Assembly (NCBI GenBank): GCA_050186575.1
Contig: JBFWYI010000006.1
Span: 35,130-99,129 of the forward strand
DNA length: 64,000 nt
Source of the DNA: Sandaracinaceae bacterium
Lineage (GTDB): Bacteria; Myxococcota_A; Polyangia; Polyangiales; Sandaracinaceae
Direction of reading: 5' to 3'
The translations under genes were made by a program, and so were the position numbers. Within the stretch, counting starts at the first letter, position 1. Every line of letters starts with the position of its first letter. The notes beneath the pieces are model-generated. The model was not told the DNA's origin and did no database searches. It saw only the letters and a list, made by a program, of their open reading frames with translations. Positions 1-9,900 of the stretch are shown here, one piece after another.

Positions 1-136
1 TTGTTCGGTAAGCGCCCGCGTCCGATGGAGTACCAAGGCGGTAAGCTCGTCACCGGCGACGACGAAGATCTCGCGTCCCCGCCGTTCCAGCCGCCCGGCG
101 CGCAGCAGTAACCACCGCACCGGAGCGCTCCCGTCG

Positions 137-2842
137 TCAGTGACGGGTTCCGCGGCGCACGGGGATGGCCGCGGAGAGCGCGTAGCCTCCCCCCGTGCGC
201 ACGAGCAGATCTCTCAGGCCGCGCTTGCGGAGCGTCGACATCGCGACGTGCGCGCGGTTCAGCGCGGCCCGCTCGCCCATCCGCTCGCCCGGCCAGCCCG
301 CCTCGATGATCTCCGAGAGCGGGACTGGCTCGCCCGGCGCCTCGATCCGACGCCTCGTCAGGTGATCGAGGATCGCGCGCATCGGCGAGCGTTCGGGAAG
401 CTCCTCGACCGACGCACCGCCCGGGAGGCGGAAGCCCTCGCCGGCGCCCAGTACCAAGAGCGCGTCCTCGGGCAGCGCGCCCATCCGTCCGGACGCGAGT
501 CGCTTGAGCGCGCGGAGCGCGAAGCGCGAGTCGTCGTTCGAGGCGCGCTCGACCCGCGCCTCCGCCATGCGGAGCGCGGCGTCCGCAGCCACCGCGGTGT
601 CTCCGCACGCGAGCTCGACGCCGTCGCGGTGCGTGCGGACCGCGGCCTCGAGCGCCGGCTCGCCCGACACGCGTGTCAACGCGACCTCCGCCGTCGCGAT
701 CGCCGCCCGCGCCTCCTCGGCTCGCCCGCGCTGGGCGAGGGCGCTGGCCGAGCACGCCGCGATGAGCGCGTCGTAGCGCGGGGAGCGCACCGTCGCGATG
801 CGCTGCCGCGCGCGCGCGAGCAGCGCGAGCGCGTCTTCGGCGTCACCGCTCTCTACGTACGTCGTGGCGAGGTAGTAGAGCGCGCTCGCCTCGCGGTGAC
901 GGTTCCCGAGATCCGCGAGGATCGAGGCGGCCTCCGCGAGCGCCTCGCGCGCCAGCGAGAGCTCGCCCGCCTCCTGCATCAGCCCGCCGCGCGCGGTCAG
1001 CAAGGTACCTTCCATGATCCGAGCGCCCGCCCGGCGCGCGACCTCGAGGCCTTCACCGATCCGCGCGAGCGCCTCCTTCGCGTCGCCGGCAAACATCGAG
1101 ACCACCGCCTGCTCGTAGAGCGCCGCCGCGAGGCTCGGCTCGTCCCCGAGCTGCCGGTAGCGCGACGCGGCGGCCGAGAGGGCGCGCTCGGCCTCCTCGA
1201 GCCGTCCCTCGCGCCGATGGGCGTGACCGAGGTCGAGGCTCACCCGCGCCTCGAGCGCGGTCCGCTCCGCGCCCTCGTCCGTCCGCGCGAGCAGCGACAG
1301 CGCCTCCTCGAGCCGCGTCCGCGCCTGCGCGGTGTCGCTCCGCACGTCGTCGAGCGCACCCGCCCGCGCGAGCGCCAACGCGAGCAGGCGCTCGTCCCCC
1401 GCCGCCTTCGCGAGCTGGAGCGCGTCGGCGAAGTCCGCCTCGGCCGCGCCGGTGTCGCCCAGCTCCCGCCGCGCGGCGCCGCGCCCGAGCAGCGCGCGCG
1501 CGCGATCCGCGGCCGCCCCGCGGTCGGCCTCGAGCGCATCGAGGGCGGTCACCACGCCATCGAACAACGCCTCGCGCACCGACGAGCGACCGCGCGCCGC
1601 GAGGGGGTCGTCGAGCGCCGTCGCGATGCCGAGCGCGTCGGCCACCCACGTCGGCGAGCGCTCGCCCTGCGCGAGTCGGATCGCGGTGCGGTGCGCGACC
1701 AACGCATTGTCGAGCTCGTCCATGAGCTCCACCCCGAGCGTCCGAGCGCGAGCCGCGTAGTGCGACGCGTGCGCGCGCAGCACGGCGGGCAGCGCGACAT
1801 CTTCGCGCGCGAGGTCCTCCGCCACCTCCCGGATCGTCACGAAGAACGCATGGCGCACCGGCTCGCCATACGTGGTCCGGAGCAGCGAAGAGCGCACCAG
1901 CACGTCGAGCGCATCGAGGACGGATGCCCGCGGTATCGCGACGTCGCCGAGCACCGCCTCCGCGTCGTCGAGTCGAAAGCCGTTTTGCAGGACCGAGACG
2001 AGCGCGAAGAAGCGACGCTGCTCCTCGCCGAGCAGCGCGACCGAGTCCATCACCGCGCGCCGGACCGACGCGGCGCGATGGTCGGCCGACGGATCCGAGA
2101 GGACGTCGAGGGGTCGGTCGAGGCGGCGTCGGAGCTCCGAGAGGCTGAGCAGGCGCGTCCGCGAGGCGGCGAGCTCGATCGCGAGGGGCATCCGGTCGAT
2201 CGCCTCGACGATCTCGGCCACCGCGCCCTCGGGGTCGGGCGTGGCGGTCGGTCCCCCCGCAGCGCGGCGGCGCGCCTCGAACAGCGCCACCGCGTCGTCT
2301 CGCGTCAGGGCGTCGAGCGTCAACACGTGCTCTCCCGCGATGCCGAGCACCGCGCGCGAGGTCGCAACGAAACGTACGTTGCTCGCTCTCGCGATCCAGC
2401 GCTCGATCGCGGGACCGATCCCCGGCGCGATCTGCTCGATGTTGTCGAGGACCAGCCACACCGACCCGCGACGGGCGAGGCCGTCGGCGATCGTGTCCGC
2501 CGCCTCCGTCTCGCCGAGCTCGCCGAGGCTGAGCCCAAACGCCGAGGCGACGAGCGTCAATGCGGCGTACGGCGTGCGTGCTTCCGAGAGATCGATGAAC
2601 AGCGCTCCCTCCTCGTCGTCGTCGAGCTCGGCGATCCGGTCCTCGCACGCGCGGAGCGCGAGGCGGGTCTTGCCGATCCCGCCCGGCCCGAGGATCGTCA
2701 CGAGGCGCGCCTCGCCGAGGAGCCGGGACAGCGCGTCGAGCTCCGCCCGGCGACCGATGAACGACGACGCGGGCCGCGATCGGCGCAGCTGGGCGCGGCT
2801 GTCGGGTACCCCACGCATCCGAGGCCACGGCGAGCATCGCAC
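137..2842 (-). CDS. STAND-type transcriptional regulator: N-terminal P-loop NTPase (NB-ARC/AAA-like), central TPR repeats, C-terminal OmpR/PhoB-type winged-helix DNA-binding domain
   Basis: 900-aa ORF. Walker A 'GPGGIGKTRLA' sits near the N-terminus. Long TPR-like helical repeats follow. The C-terminus 'EGFRLPGGASVEELPERSPMRAILDHL...VAMSTLRKRGLRDLLVRTGGGYALS' matches the trans_reg_C consensus (EFRLL...vhv..LRkkl...i.TvrGvGY.L). Amino-acid composition is balanced, unlike the antisense frames. Confidence 0.6.
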   Translation of the reverse strand: MRCSPWPRMRGVPDSRAQLRRSRPASSFIGRRAELDALSRLLGEARLVTILGPGGIGKTRLALRACEDRIAELDDDEEGALFIDLSEARTPYAALTLVASAFGLSLGELGETEAADTIADGLARRGSVWLVLDNIEQIAPGIGPAIERWIARASNVRFVATSRAVLGIAGEHVLTLDALTRDDAVALFEARRRAAGGPTATPDPEGAVAEIVEAIDRMPLAIELAASRTRLLSLSELRRRLDRPLDVLSDPSADHRAASVRRAVMDSVALLGEEQRRFFALVSVLQNGFRLDDAEAVLGDVAIPRASVLDALDVLVRSSLLRTTYGEPVRHAFFVTIREVAEDLAREDVALPAVLRAHASHYAARARTLGVELMDELDNALVAHRTAIRLAQGERSPTWVADALGIATALDDPLAARGRSSVREALFDGVVTALDALEADRGAAADRARALLGRGAARRELGDTGAAEADFADALQLAKAAGDERLLALALARAGALDDVRSDTAQARTRLEEALSLLARTDEGAERTALEARVSLDLGHAHRREGRLEEAERALSAAASRYRQLGDEPSLAAALYEQAVVSMFAGDAKEALARIGEGLEVARRAGARIMEGTLLTARGGLMQEAGELSLAREALAEAASILADLGNRHREASALYYLATTYVESGDAEDALALLARARQRIATVRSPRYDALIAACSASALAQRGRAEEARAAIATAEVALTRVSGEPALEAAVRTHRDGVELACGDTAVAADAALRMAEARVERASNDDSRFALRALKRLASGRMGALPEDALLVLGAGEGFRLPGGASVEELPERSPMRAILDHLTRRRIEAPGEPVPLSEIIEAGWPGERMGERAALNRAHVAMSTLRKRGLRDLLVRTGGGYALSAAIPVRRGTRH

Positions 2843-2887
2843 ATCGCTCGCGCCCTCGCTTCGAGGTCACGCGCGAACGCGACGCTC

Positions 2888-3754
2888 TCACTCCGTCGTG
2901 ATCTGCACGTCCGCGAGGATCTCCTGCTCGCTCGGCTCCGCCGCCTGCTTGGGCGCGATCTTCTTGGCCCGCTCGGAGCGAGGCGGGAGGGGCGGCGCCC
3001 AGCGCATCAGGTCCTCGGGCACCTTGCCGCGGTAGTACTCGGCCTCGGGGTCCATCCACGTGCCCATCATGCGATCCCAGAACGTGAAGAACTGGCCGTA
3101 GTTCACGCGGAAGTACCAGTGATGCAGCGAGTGGTGATTGCAGTGGTTGATGATGCCGCCGCGCACGAAGCTCACGCGGTCGTGGATCATGACGGTCCAC
3201 GTCATCACGAACGCGAGCACGATGAGGTAGACCCACGCGTTCAGCGGGACGAGGAACGCGAAGATGTGGGTCGGGACCGCCTGCGCGAAGCTGTCGAGCG
3301 GGTGGAAGCCCATCGACACGAAGCTCGTGCTCTCGCGCCACTGGTGGTGCGGCTTGTGGATGTGCTTGAACAGCCACCCTTTGTGCAGCGCGCGGTGGAT
3401 CCAGTAGACGCACGTCTCGGTGAACGCGAGGTAGAGGACGATCGAGAAGAGGAGATAGGGCAGGCCCATCTCCATCGGGTCCCAGTAGATCCGCGAGTAG
3501 CCGTTCGCGATGGCCCAGTGGAAGGGCACGGTGAGGACCGCGTTGCCGAGCGTCCCGTAGACGCCCCACTTCATCTGGTTCCGGAGAACCTTCTTGTCGG
3601 CGACGTAGGTTGGGTGGAAGTAGCGCTTCCCCCACACGAAGAAGATCAGGTAGCTCAGCCCGCTCACGCCGAAGTACGCGACCAGACCGCCGACCACCAG
3701 CAGGAGGAACTGGTTCAGCGCCGTCTCCTCGAAGCCGAGCAGGGTGATGAGCAT
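2888..3754 (-). CDS. Sterol desaturase family / fatty acid hydroxylase superfamily integral membrane protein (ERG3/SC5D-like)
   Basis: Three histidine boxes 'HRALH', 'HKPHHQW', 'HHSLHHW' lie in a multi-TM protein. The start is chosen at the internal Met 'MLITLLGF' (3754), because the longer ORF would run across the tRNA-Val gene. Confidence 0.7.
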   Translation of the reverse strand: MLITLLGFEETALNQFLLLVVGGLVAYFGVSGLSYLIFFVWGKRYFHPTYVADKKVLRNQMKWGVYGTLGNAVLTVPFHWAIANGYSRIYWDPMEMGLPYLLFSIVLYLAFTETCVYWIHRALHKGWLFKHIHKPHHQWRESTSFVSMGFHPLDSFAQAVPTHIFAFLVPLNAWVYLIVLAFVMTWTVMIHDRVSFVRGGIINHCNHHSLHHWYFRVNYGQFFTFWDRMMGTWMDPEAEYYRGKVPEDLMRWAPPLPPRSERAKKIAPKQAAEPSEQEILADVQITTE

Positions 3755-3880
3755 TCGCGCCGGGAGGTTAACCGCGGCGGCGGATGGGGCCAAGCCGACG
3801 TGTCTCGGTACGCCGCCGGCACGGCCCGGATCCACGTGGTCGTGGCCGAACGGGGCCGGCCGCTGCATGCTCCCGCCTTC

Positions 3881-3953
3881 GGGCGGATAGCTCAGTTGGT
3901 AGAGCGCCGGTTTTACACACCGGTGGTCGTCGGTTCGAGCCCGGCTCCGCCCA
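3881..3953 (+). tRNA. tRNA-Val (anticodon TAC)
   Basis: The cloverleaf was read manually. Acceptor GGGCGGA pairs with TCCGCCC; the D-arm is GCTC/GAGC. The anticodon stem CCGGT/ACCGG carries loop TTTACAC. The T-loop is TTCGAGC and the discriminator is A. No CCA is encoded. Confidence 0.85.
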
Positions 3954-3990
3954 CTCCGAGAGCCCACTCCGAGAGCCCACTCCGAGAGCC
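3949..3990 (+). repeat. Perfect 13-bp tandem repeat 'CCCACTCCGAGAG' x3 (plus a partial copy) that begins inside the 3' end of tRNA-Val
   Basis: Read directly: ...ccgcCCACTCCGAGAGCCCACTCCGAGAGCCCACTCCGAGAGCCCACC. Confidence 0.75.
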
Positions 3991-4167
3991 CACCGCGACC
4001 CCGCCGGAACCGCGCGGCGATGGTTGAAAAGTGTGTGACTCCGGCCGTCTGCCTTGCGCGGGGTGCCGAGTCGCCCTACGAAGCGGGCGCTGTCCGAAGG
4101 TCGGCCAGCCCCGGAAACCGCACCTCCGATGTCGAGCCACGCCCGAACGACCCCGGCGCGCCGCCCG

Positions 4168-5649
4168 ATGCGGGCGAGGTCGTGGGCGCCCCTCGCCTCG
4201 CTGGTCGCAGCGATGGGCGGTTGCTCGCCACATCACACGGTCGCGCACCCCGCTGCGCCGGTGGACGTGCCGTCCTCCTATGCGGCGACGGCGGGCGACG
4301 AAGCGGTGGCCGATCAGGAGGCCGAGCCCGAGCGGTGGTGGGTCGCGTTCGGCGACCCGGAGCTCGTGCACCTCGTCGACGAGGCGCTCGAGCACAACTT
4401 CCAGCTCGGCGCGGCGTGGGCTCGGCTCGAGCAGGCCGAGTCCGGGGTGATGGCGGCGTCGAGCGGGTACTGGCCACAGATCTCCGCGCAGCTCGACGTC
4501 GCGCGCCGCCGACAAGTCGTCGTCTTCGGTGCGCTCGGCACCCAGGCGTTCGAGGTGAACTCGTTCGGCGTGTCGGTCCCCGTCAGCTACGAGGTCGACC
4601 TCTGGAATCGCATCGGCCACTCCGTCTCGGCCGGCGCGCTCGACGTGGTCGCCAGCCGGGACGACGTCGAGGCGCTCGCGATGACGCTCGTCGCCAACGT
4701 CGTCGAGGCGTGGCTGAACGTGGTGCATCAACGCGCCTTGCACGCGCTCTTGACCGAGCAGCTCGCGACGAACGAGATCTTCGAGGAGCTCGTCGAGCTG
4801 CGGCTCCGCCACGGCCTCGGGAGCGCGCTCGACGTGTACCAACAGCGCCAGCAGGTGCAGGCCGCGCGCGCGCAGCTCGCGCAGATCAGCGGCGCGGAGG
4901 CGGTGGCTCGTCAGCAGCTCGCGATCCTCGTCGGTCAGGCGCCGTCGGCGTTCGCGTCCGGGCAGATCGGGGAGCTCCCCGAGCCGACGACCCTGCCGCC
5001 GTTGCCTCCCTTGCCGAGCACGGGGATCCCGAGCGACCTCCTCCTGCGGCGGCCGGACGTGCGCGCCGCGCGCCGCCGGGTAGCGGCCCAGGACCATCGC
5101 GTCGGCGCCGCGATCGCGGACCAGTTCCCCCAGCTTCGGTTCAACGCGTCGGTAGGCCTCTCGAACCCGAGCATCGAGGGGCTCCTGAGCTCGTTCGTCT
5201 GGTCGCTCGCGTCGAGCCTCCTCGCTCCGGTGCTCGACGGGGGCCGCCGCGCGGCCGAGGTGCGCCGCAACGAAGCGGCGCTCCGCGAGCGCGTGCAGAC
5301 GTTCGGGCAGACGCTGCTCACCGCGCTGTTCGAGGTGGAGAGCTCGTTGACGCAGGAGCGGCAGCTCGCCGCGCAGATCGCGAGCCTCGAGGATCAGCTC
5401 TCGGCCGCGAACGCCACCCTGTTCGAGTCGCGGCGCCGCTACTCCGAAGGGCTGAGCGACTACCTTCCGGTGCTCACCGCGCTGAGCGCCGTCCAACGCA
5501 CCGAGCAATCGATCTTGGCGGCCCGGCGCCAGCTCCTCTCCCAGCGCGTGCAGCTCGCGCGTGCGCTCGGCGGCAGCTGGTCGAGCGAGCTCGAAGCGCC
5601 CCGGCTCCCCGAGCCGGAGGAGCGAGCGGAGGACGACGATGAGCGGTGA
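4168..5649 (+). CDS. RND efflux system outer membrane factor lipoprotein (TolC/NodT/OprM family)
   Basis: A lipoprotein signal carries the lipobox 'LVAAMGGC'. Two OMF coiled-coil/beta repeats are present. The stop overlaps the start of the downstream MFP. The Met at 4168 is in frame. Confidence 0.8.
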   Translation: MRARSWAPLASLVAAMGGCSPHHTVAHPAAPVDVPSSYAATAGDEAVADQEAEPERWWVAFGDPELVHLVDEALEHNFQLGAAWARLEQAESGVMAASSGYWPQISAQLDVARRRQVVVFGALGTQAFEVNSFGVSVPVSYEVDLWNRIGHSVSAGALDVVASRDDVEALAMTLVANVVEAWLNVVHQRALHALLTEQLATNEIFEELVELRLRHGLGSALDVYQQRQQVQAARAQLAQISGAEAVARQQLAILVGQAPSAFASGQIGELPEPTTLPPLPPLPSTGIPSDLLLRRPDVRAARRRVAAQDHRVGAAIADQFPQLRFNASVGLSNPSIEGLLSSFVWSLASSLLAPVLDGGRRAAEVRRNEAALRERVQTFGQTLLTALFEVESSLTQERQLAAQIASLEDQLSAANATLFESRRRYSEGLSDYLPVLTALSAVQRTEQSILAARRQLLSQRVQLARALGGSWSSELEAPRLPEPEERAEDDDER

Positions 5650-6997
5650 AGGTGAGCCGTCCCCCATGGTGCGAACGGACCTGATCGACGATCACGAGGT
5701 GGTGCGCGCCTCGCTCCCGCCGCCGCGGCCGGATCGACCGATGTCGACGCTCGCGCGGGTCGGGGCGATCATGATCCCGGCCGGCATCTGCCTCGTCGGC
5801 ATCGTGGTGTCCGCGATCCTGATCAAGACGCGCCCTGAAGCGGAGCACACCGACCCCGGCGCGCGCGGCTTGCCCGTCGTGACCCAGAGCCTCACCCCCG
5901 GCCGGCAAGACGTCGTGGTGCGGGCTCAGGGTCAGGTGGTGCCCGCGCGGCAGGTCGCGCTCAGCCCCGAGGTCACCGGGCGCGTCCTCGCGATGAGCCC
6001 GAACCTCATCCCCGGCGGTCGCGTGACGGCCGACGAGGACCTCTTGCGCATCGACGGGCGCGACTATCGGGACGCGCTCGAGCAGCAGCGCGCGCAGGTG
6101 GAGTCGTCGCAGCTCTCGTTGACACAGGAGCAGAGCCGCCAGGTGATCGCGCAGCGCGAGTGGGCGCTCCTCGGATCGACGGCGGGCTCGACGGACTCCG
6201 GGCGCGAGCTCGCGCTGCGTGAGCCGCACACCCGCGCCGCGGCGGCGTCCGTCCGTGCGGCGGAGGCGGGCGCACGACGCGCGCAATCGAACCTGTCGCG
6301 CACCACCCTCCGCGCGCCGTTCGACGCGTTCGTGCAGGCGGAGAACGTCGAGGTGGGCCAGCTCGTCGGACCGGGCTCGTCGGTCGCGACGCTGGTCGGC
6401 ACCGATCACTTCTGGGTCCGCGTCGCGGTGCCGATGGAGCAGCTCGCCTGGATCCACGTGCCCGAGGGCGAGGGCGACGTGGGCTCGAGCGCCCGGGTGA
6501 TCCAACACGTCGGCGAGGACGCGCAGATCGTGCGCACGGGCCGCGTCATCCGGCTCTACGGCGACCTCGATCCGGTCGGCCGCATGGCCCGCGTGCTCGT
6601 GGAGATCGACGATCCGCTCGGGCTCGCGCATGAGGACGGCGAGCCGCCTGCGATCCCGACCGAGGGTGACCCGTCGCACCTGCCGATGCTCCTCGGCGCG
6701 TTCGTCGACGTGGAGATCCAGGCCGGCCAGCTCGAGGACGTGTACGAGGTGCCGCGGAGCGCGCTCCACGCGGGCGACAGCGTGTATCTGTTCGGCACCG
6801 GGGCGCTCCAGATCCGCCCGCTCGAGATCGTCTGGCGGCGGCCGGACAGCGTGCTCGCGCGCGGGCTCGCCCCCGAGGACGAGCTCATCGTGAGCGCGCT
6901 CCCCACCGCGATCGAGGGCACCGCGGTGCGCCACGCGGAGGAGGACGCGCCGAGCGAGACGGAGGAGCCGGCCACGGAGACCGCGGAGGCGCCATGA
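5639..6997 (+). CDS. RND efflux periplasmic adaptor (membrane fusion protein, HlyD/AcrA family)
   Basis: N-terminal TM anchor 'IMIPAGICLVGIVVSAILI'. Coiled-coil hairpin and beta-barrel MFP motifs are present. ATG 5639 overlaps the upstream stop. The stop TGA 6995-6997 overlaps the downstream ATG 6994 as ATGA. Confidence 0.8.
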   Translation: MSGEGEPSPMVRTDLIDDHEVVRASLPPPRPDRPMSTLARVGAIMIPAGICLVGIVVSAILIKTRPEAEHTDPGARGLPVVTQSLTPGRQDVVVRAQGQVVPARQVALSPEVTGRVLAMSPNLIPGGRVTADEDLLRIDGRDYRDALEQQRAQVESSQLSLTQEQSRQVIAQREWALLGSTAGSTDSGRELALREPHTRAAAASVRAAEAGARRAQSNLSRTTLRAPFDAFVQAENVEVGQLVGPGSSVATLVGTDHFWVRVAVPMEQLAWIHVPEGEGDVGSSARVIQHVGEDAQIVRTGRVIRLYGDLDPVGRMARVLVEIDDPLGLAHEDGEPPAIPTEGDPSHLPMLLGAFVDVEIQAGQLEDVYEVPRSALHAGDSVYLFGTGALQIRPLEIVWRRPDSVLARGLAPEDELIVSALPTAIEGTAVRHAEEDAPSETEEPATETAEAP

Positions 6998-9900
6998 GCG
7001 GGCCCGAGCCGACCGGCGGGAACGACCCCGCCGCCGACGAGCGCGGCGCGGGCGCGCACGGCGGCGACGAGCGCGGCGCGGGCGCGCACGGCGCCGACGA
7101 GCACGGCGCCGACGAGCATGGCGCCGACGAGCATGGCGCCGACGAGCACGGCGCGGACGAGCAGGGCGGCGCGCCGGGGGTCTTCGCCGGCCCGCTCGCG
7201 TGGATGGCGAAGAACTCGGTCGCCGCCAACGTGCTCATGCTCCTGCTCATCATCGGGGGCCTCTTCTCGATCACTAGGATCAAGCAAGAGGTCTTCCCCG
7301 AGTTCGATCTCGACATGATCGTGATCAACGTGCCCTACCCCGGCGCGTCGCCCGAGGAGGTCGAGCAGGGCGTGATCCTCCCCATCGAGGAGTCGGTCCG
7401 CGCGATCGACGGGATCAGCGAGGTGCGCTCCACCGCGTCCGAGGGCGTGGGCGTCGTGGTGATGGAGCTCCTGGTCGGCGAGGACCCTGACCGCGTGCTC
7501 GCGGACGTGAAGAGCGCGGTCGACCGCATCACGAGCTTCCCTACCGACGTCGAAGAGCCGGTGGTGAGCCGGCCCCAGTTCCGCGGCGAGGTCATCTCCG
7601 TCGTCATCTACGGGGACGCGAGCGAGGCGGCGCTCCGCACACTCGGAGAGCGGACGCGCGACGGGCTGCTCGACGACGATGGGATCACCACCGTCGAGCT
7701 GAGCGGCGTCCGACCGCTCGAGATCGCGATCGATATCCCGCAAGATAACCTGCGTGCCTACGGCATGTCGCACAGCGACGTAGCCAACGCGATCCGCGCG
7801 GCGTCGCTCGACGTCCCGGCCGGCAACCTCCGCACCGCGGCCGGCGAGGTGCTGCTGCGCACCACGGAGCGCCGCGAGATCGGCGCCGAGTTCGAGAACA
7901 TCGTCGTGCGAATGCAGCCCGACGGGTCGCGCGTGACGGTCGGGGACCTCGGCGAGGTGACCGACGGCTTCCGCGAGGTCGACACGGCGGCGTCCTACGA
8001 GGGACAGCGCGCGGTGATGGTCAACGTGTTCCGGGTGGGCAACCAGACCCCGCTCGACATCGCGGCCAAGGTCCAAGACTACATCGCGGCGCACGAGGCG
8101 GACCTCCCGCCCGGCGTGCACTTCGCCACGTGGAACGACCGCTCGGAGTTCTATCGCGGCCGCATCGATCTGCTCGTCCGCAACGCGTACCTCGGGCTCA
8201 TCCTCGTCCTCGTGTGCCTCGGGCTGTTCCTCGAGATCCGACTCGCGTTCTGGGTGACGCTCGGCATCCCGATCTCGTTCATCGGCTCGCTCATCTTCCT
8301 GCCGACGATCGAGGGCGCGTCGATCAACATGATCTCGCTCTTCGCGTTCATCCTCACCCTAGGGATGGTCGTCGACGACGCGATCGTGGTCGGCGAGGCG
8401 GTCTACACGCGCCGCACCAAGGGCGTGCCCGCGATGCGCGCCGCGATCGAGGGCGTCAAGGAGGTTGGCGGCCCCGTCGTCTTCGCGATCCTCACGACCT
8501 GCATCTTCTTCATCCCGCTCCTCCTCGTGCCGGGCGTGATGGGGAAGTTCTTCATGCAGATCCCGATCGTCGTGATCCTGGTGCTGCTCCTCTCGCTCGG
8601 CGAGTCGCTCCTCGTCCTGCCCTCGCACCTCGGCCACCTCGACGCGACCAAGTGGTGGATCTGGGGGATCGTGGTGCTCAACGGCGCCTCGATCCCGGTC
8701 GTGTATCGCTTCAAGGGCGAGGTCTACTTCGCGCAGCTCTTCATCGAGGGCGTCTGCGTGCTCCTCCTGATCGCCGTGTACTGGAAGCCGGTGCACGCGG
8801 CGCAGCAGCGAGTCAGCCGCCTCATCGAGTGGTTGATCCAGAAGACCTACGCGCCGGTCCTCTCGCGCGCGGTCCGCAGCCGCTACATCACACTCGCGGC
8901 CGCGGTCGCGCTGTTCATCGGCGGCATCGGCATCGTCGCGGGCGGCCGCGTCGAGTGGGAGTTCTTCCCGAAGATCGACAGCGACATCGTGTCGGCGCGC
9001 ATCACCATGCCGTTCGGTACGCCGGCCGCGGTGACCGAGCAGGTGCAGCGACGCGCGCTGGACGCCTCGCACGCGGCGATCGCTCGACTGCAGCCGGACA
9101 CCGGCGAGTCGGTGGTGCGCGGGCGCTTCGCGCTGCTCGGGAGCTTCGGCGCGGCGGGCGGCGGGCCCGGGGGCAGCAACTCCGCGTCGGGCGGTCACGT
9201 CGCCGAGGTCGCGATGTTCCTCCAGCCTTCGGATCAGCGGGCATTCAGCGCACGCCAACTTGCGGAGACCTGGCGCGAGATCCTCGGCGACGTGCCGGGC
9301 GTCGAGTCGCTCCAGTTCCAGTCCGACACCGGCGGCCCGAGCGGATCCGACATCGACTTCCAGCTCAGCCACCCCGATCTTCCGACGCTCGAGCGCGCCG
9401 CCGCGGTGCTCGCCGACCGCCTGCGCGAGTACTCGGGCGTCCGCGAGATCAACGACGGCTTCGCCGAAGGCAAGGAGCAGCTCGACTTCGAGCTCCGGCC
9501 CGAGGCGCGCGCCCGCGGGATCACCGAGCAGATGCTCGCGCGTCAGCTCCGCGACGCGTTCTTCGGCGCCGAAGCGGTCCGCCAGCAGCGCGGTCGCGAC
9601 GAGCTGCGGGTCTACGTGCGGCGACCGCTCTCGGAGCGACAGTCGTTGGCCGACGTCGAGAGCATGCTGATCCGCACGCCGGACGGCGGCGAGATCCCGC
9701 TCAGCGAGGCGGCGGTGATCACGCGCGGCCGGAGCTACACGCAGATCCAGCGGCTGGACGGACGCCGCCGCGTCAACGTGACGGCCGGGGTCGACTTCGG
9801 CACGAACGCGAACCGCGTGCAGGGCGAGGTGCAGGAACAGGTGATCCCCGACCTGCTTCGGCAGTTCCCGAACCTGCGCGTCGAAGCGGGAGGCAACGCG

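Noticed and set aside
140-4027. Very long ORFs in the track on the opposite strand or frame of real genes. Examples: 140-4027(+), 1053-3635(-), 8359-10059(-), 21321-23489(-), 24129-25760(-), 29536-30477(-), 33382-35286(-), 35392-36987(-), 37449-39185(-), 41627-43981(+), 47365-48705(+), 51405-53012(+), 52940-54193(-), 54827-56911(+), 58067-59788(+), 60227-61927(+), 60465-62051(-)
   Set aside because: Their translations are dominated by Arg/Ala/Gly/Pro with very few Lys/Phe/Tyr/Ile. That composition is typical of out-of-frame reading of a 70% GC genome with GC3 saturation. Each overlaps a compositionally normal, motif-bearing gene in another frame.
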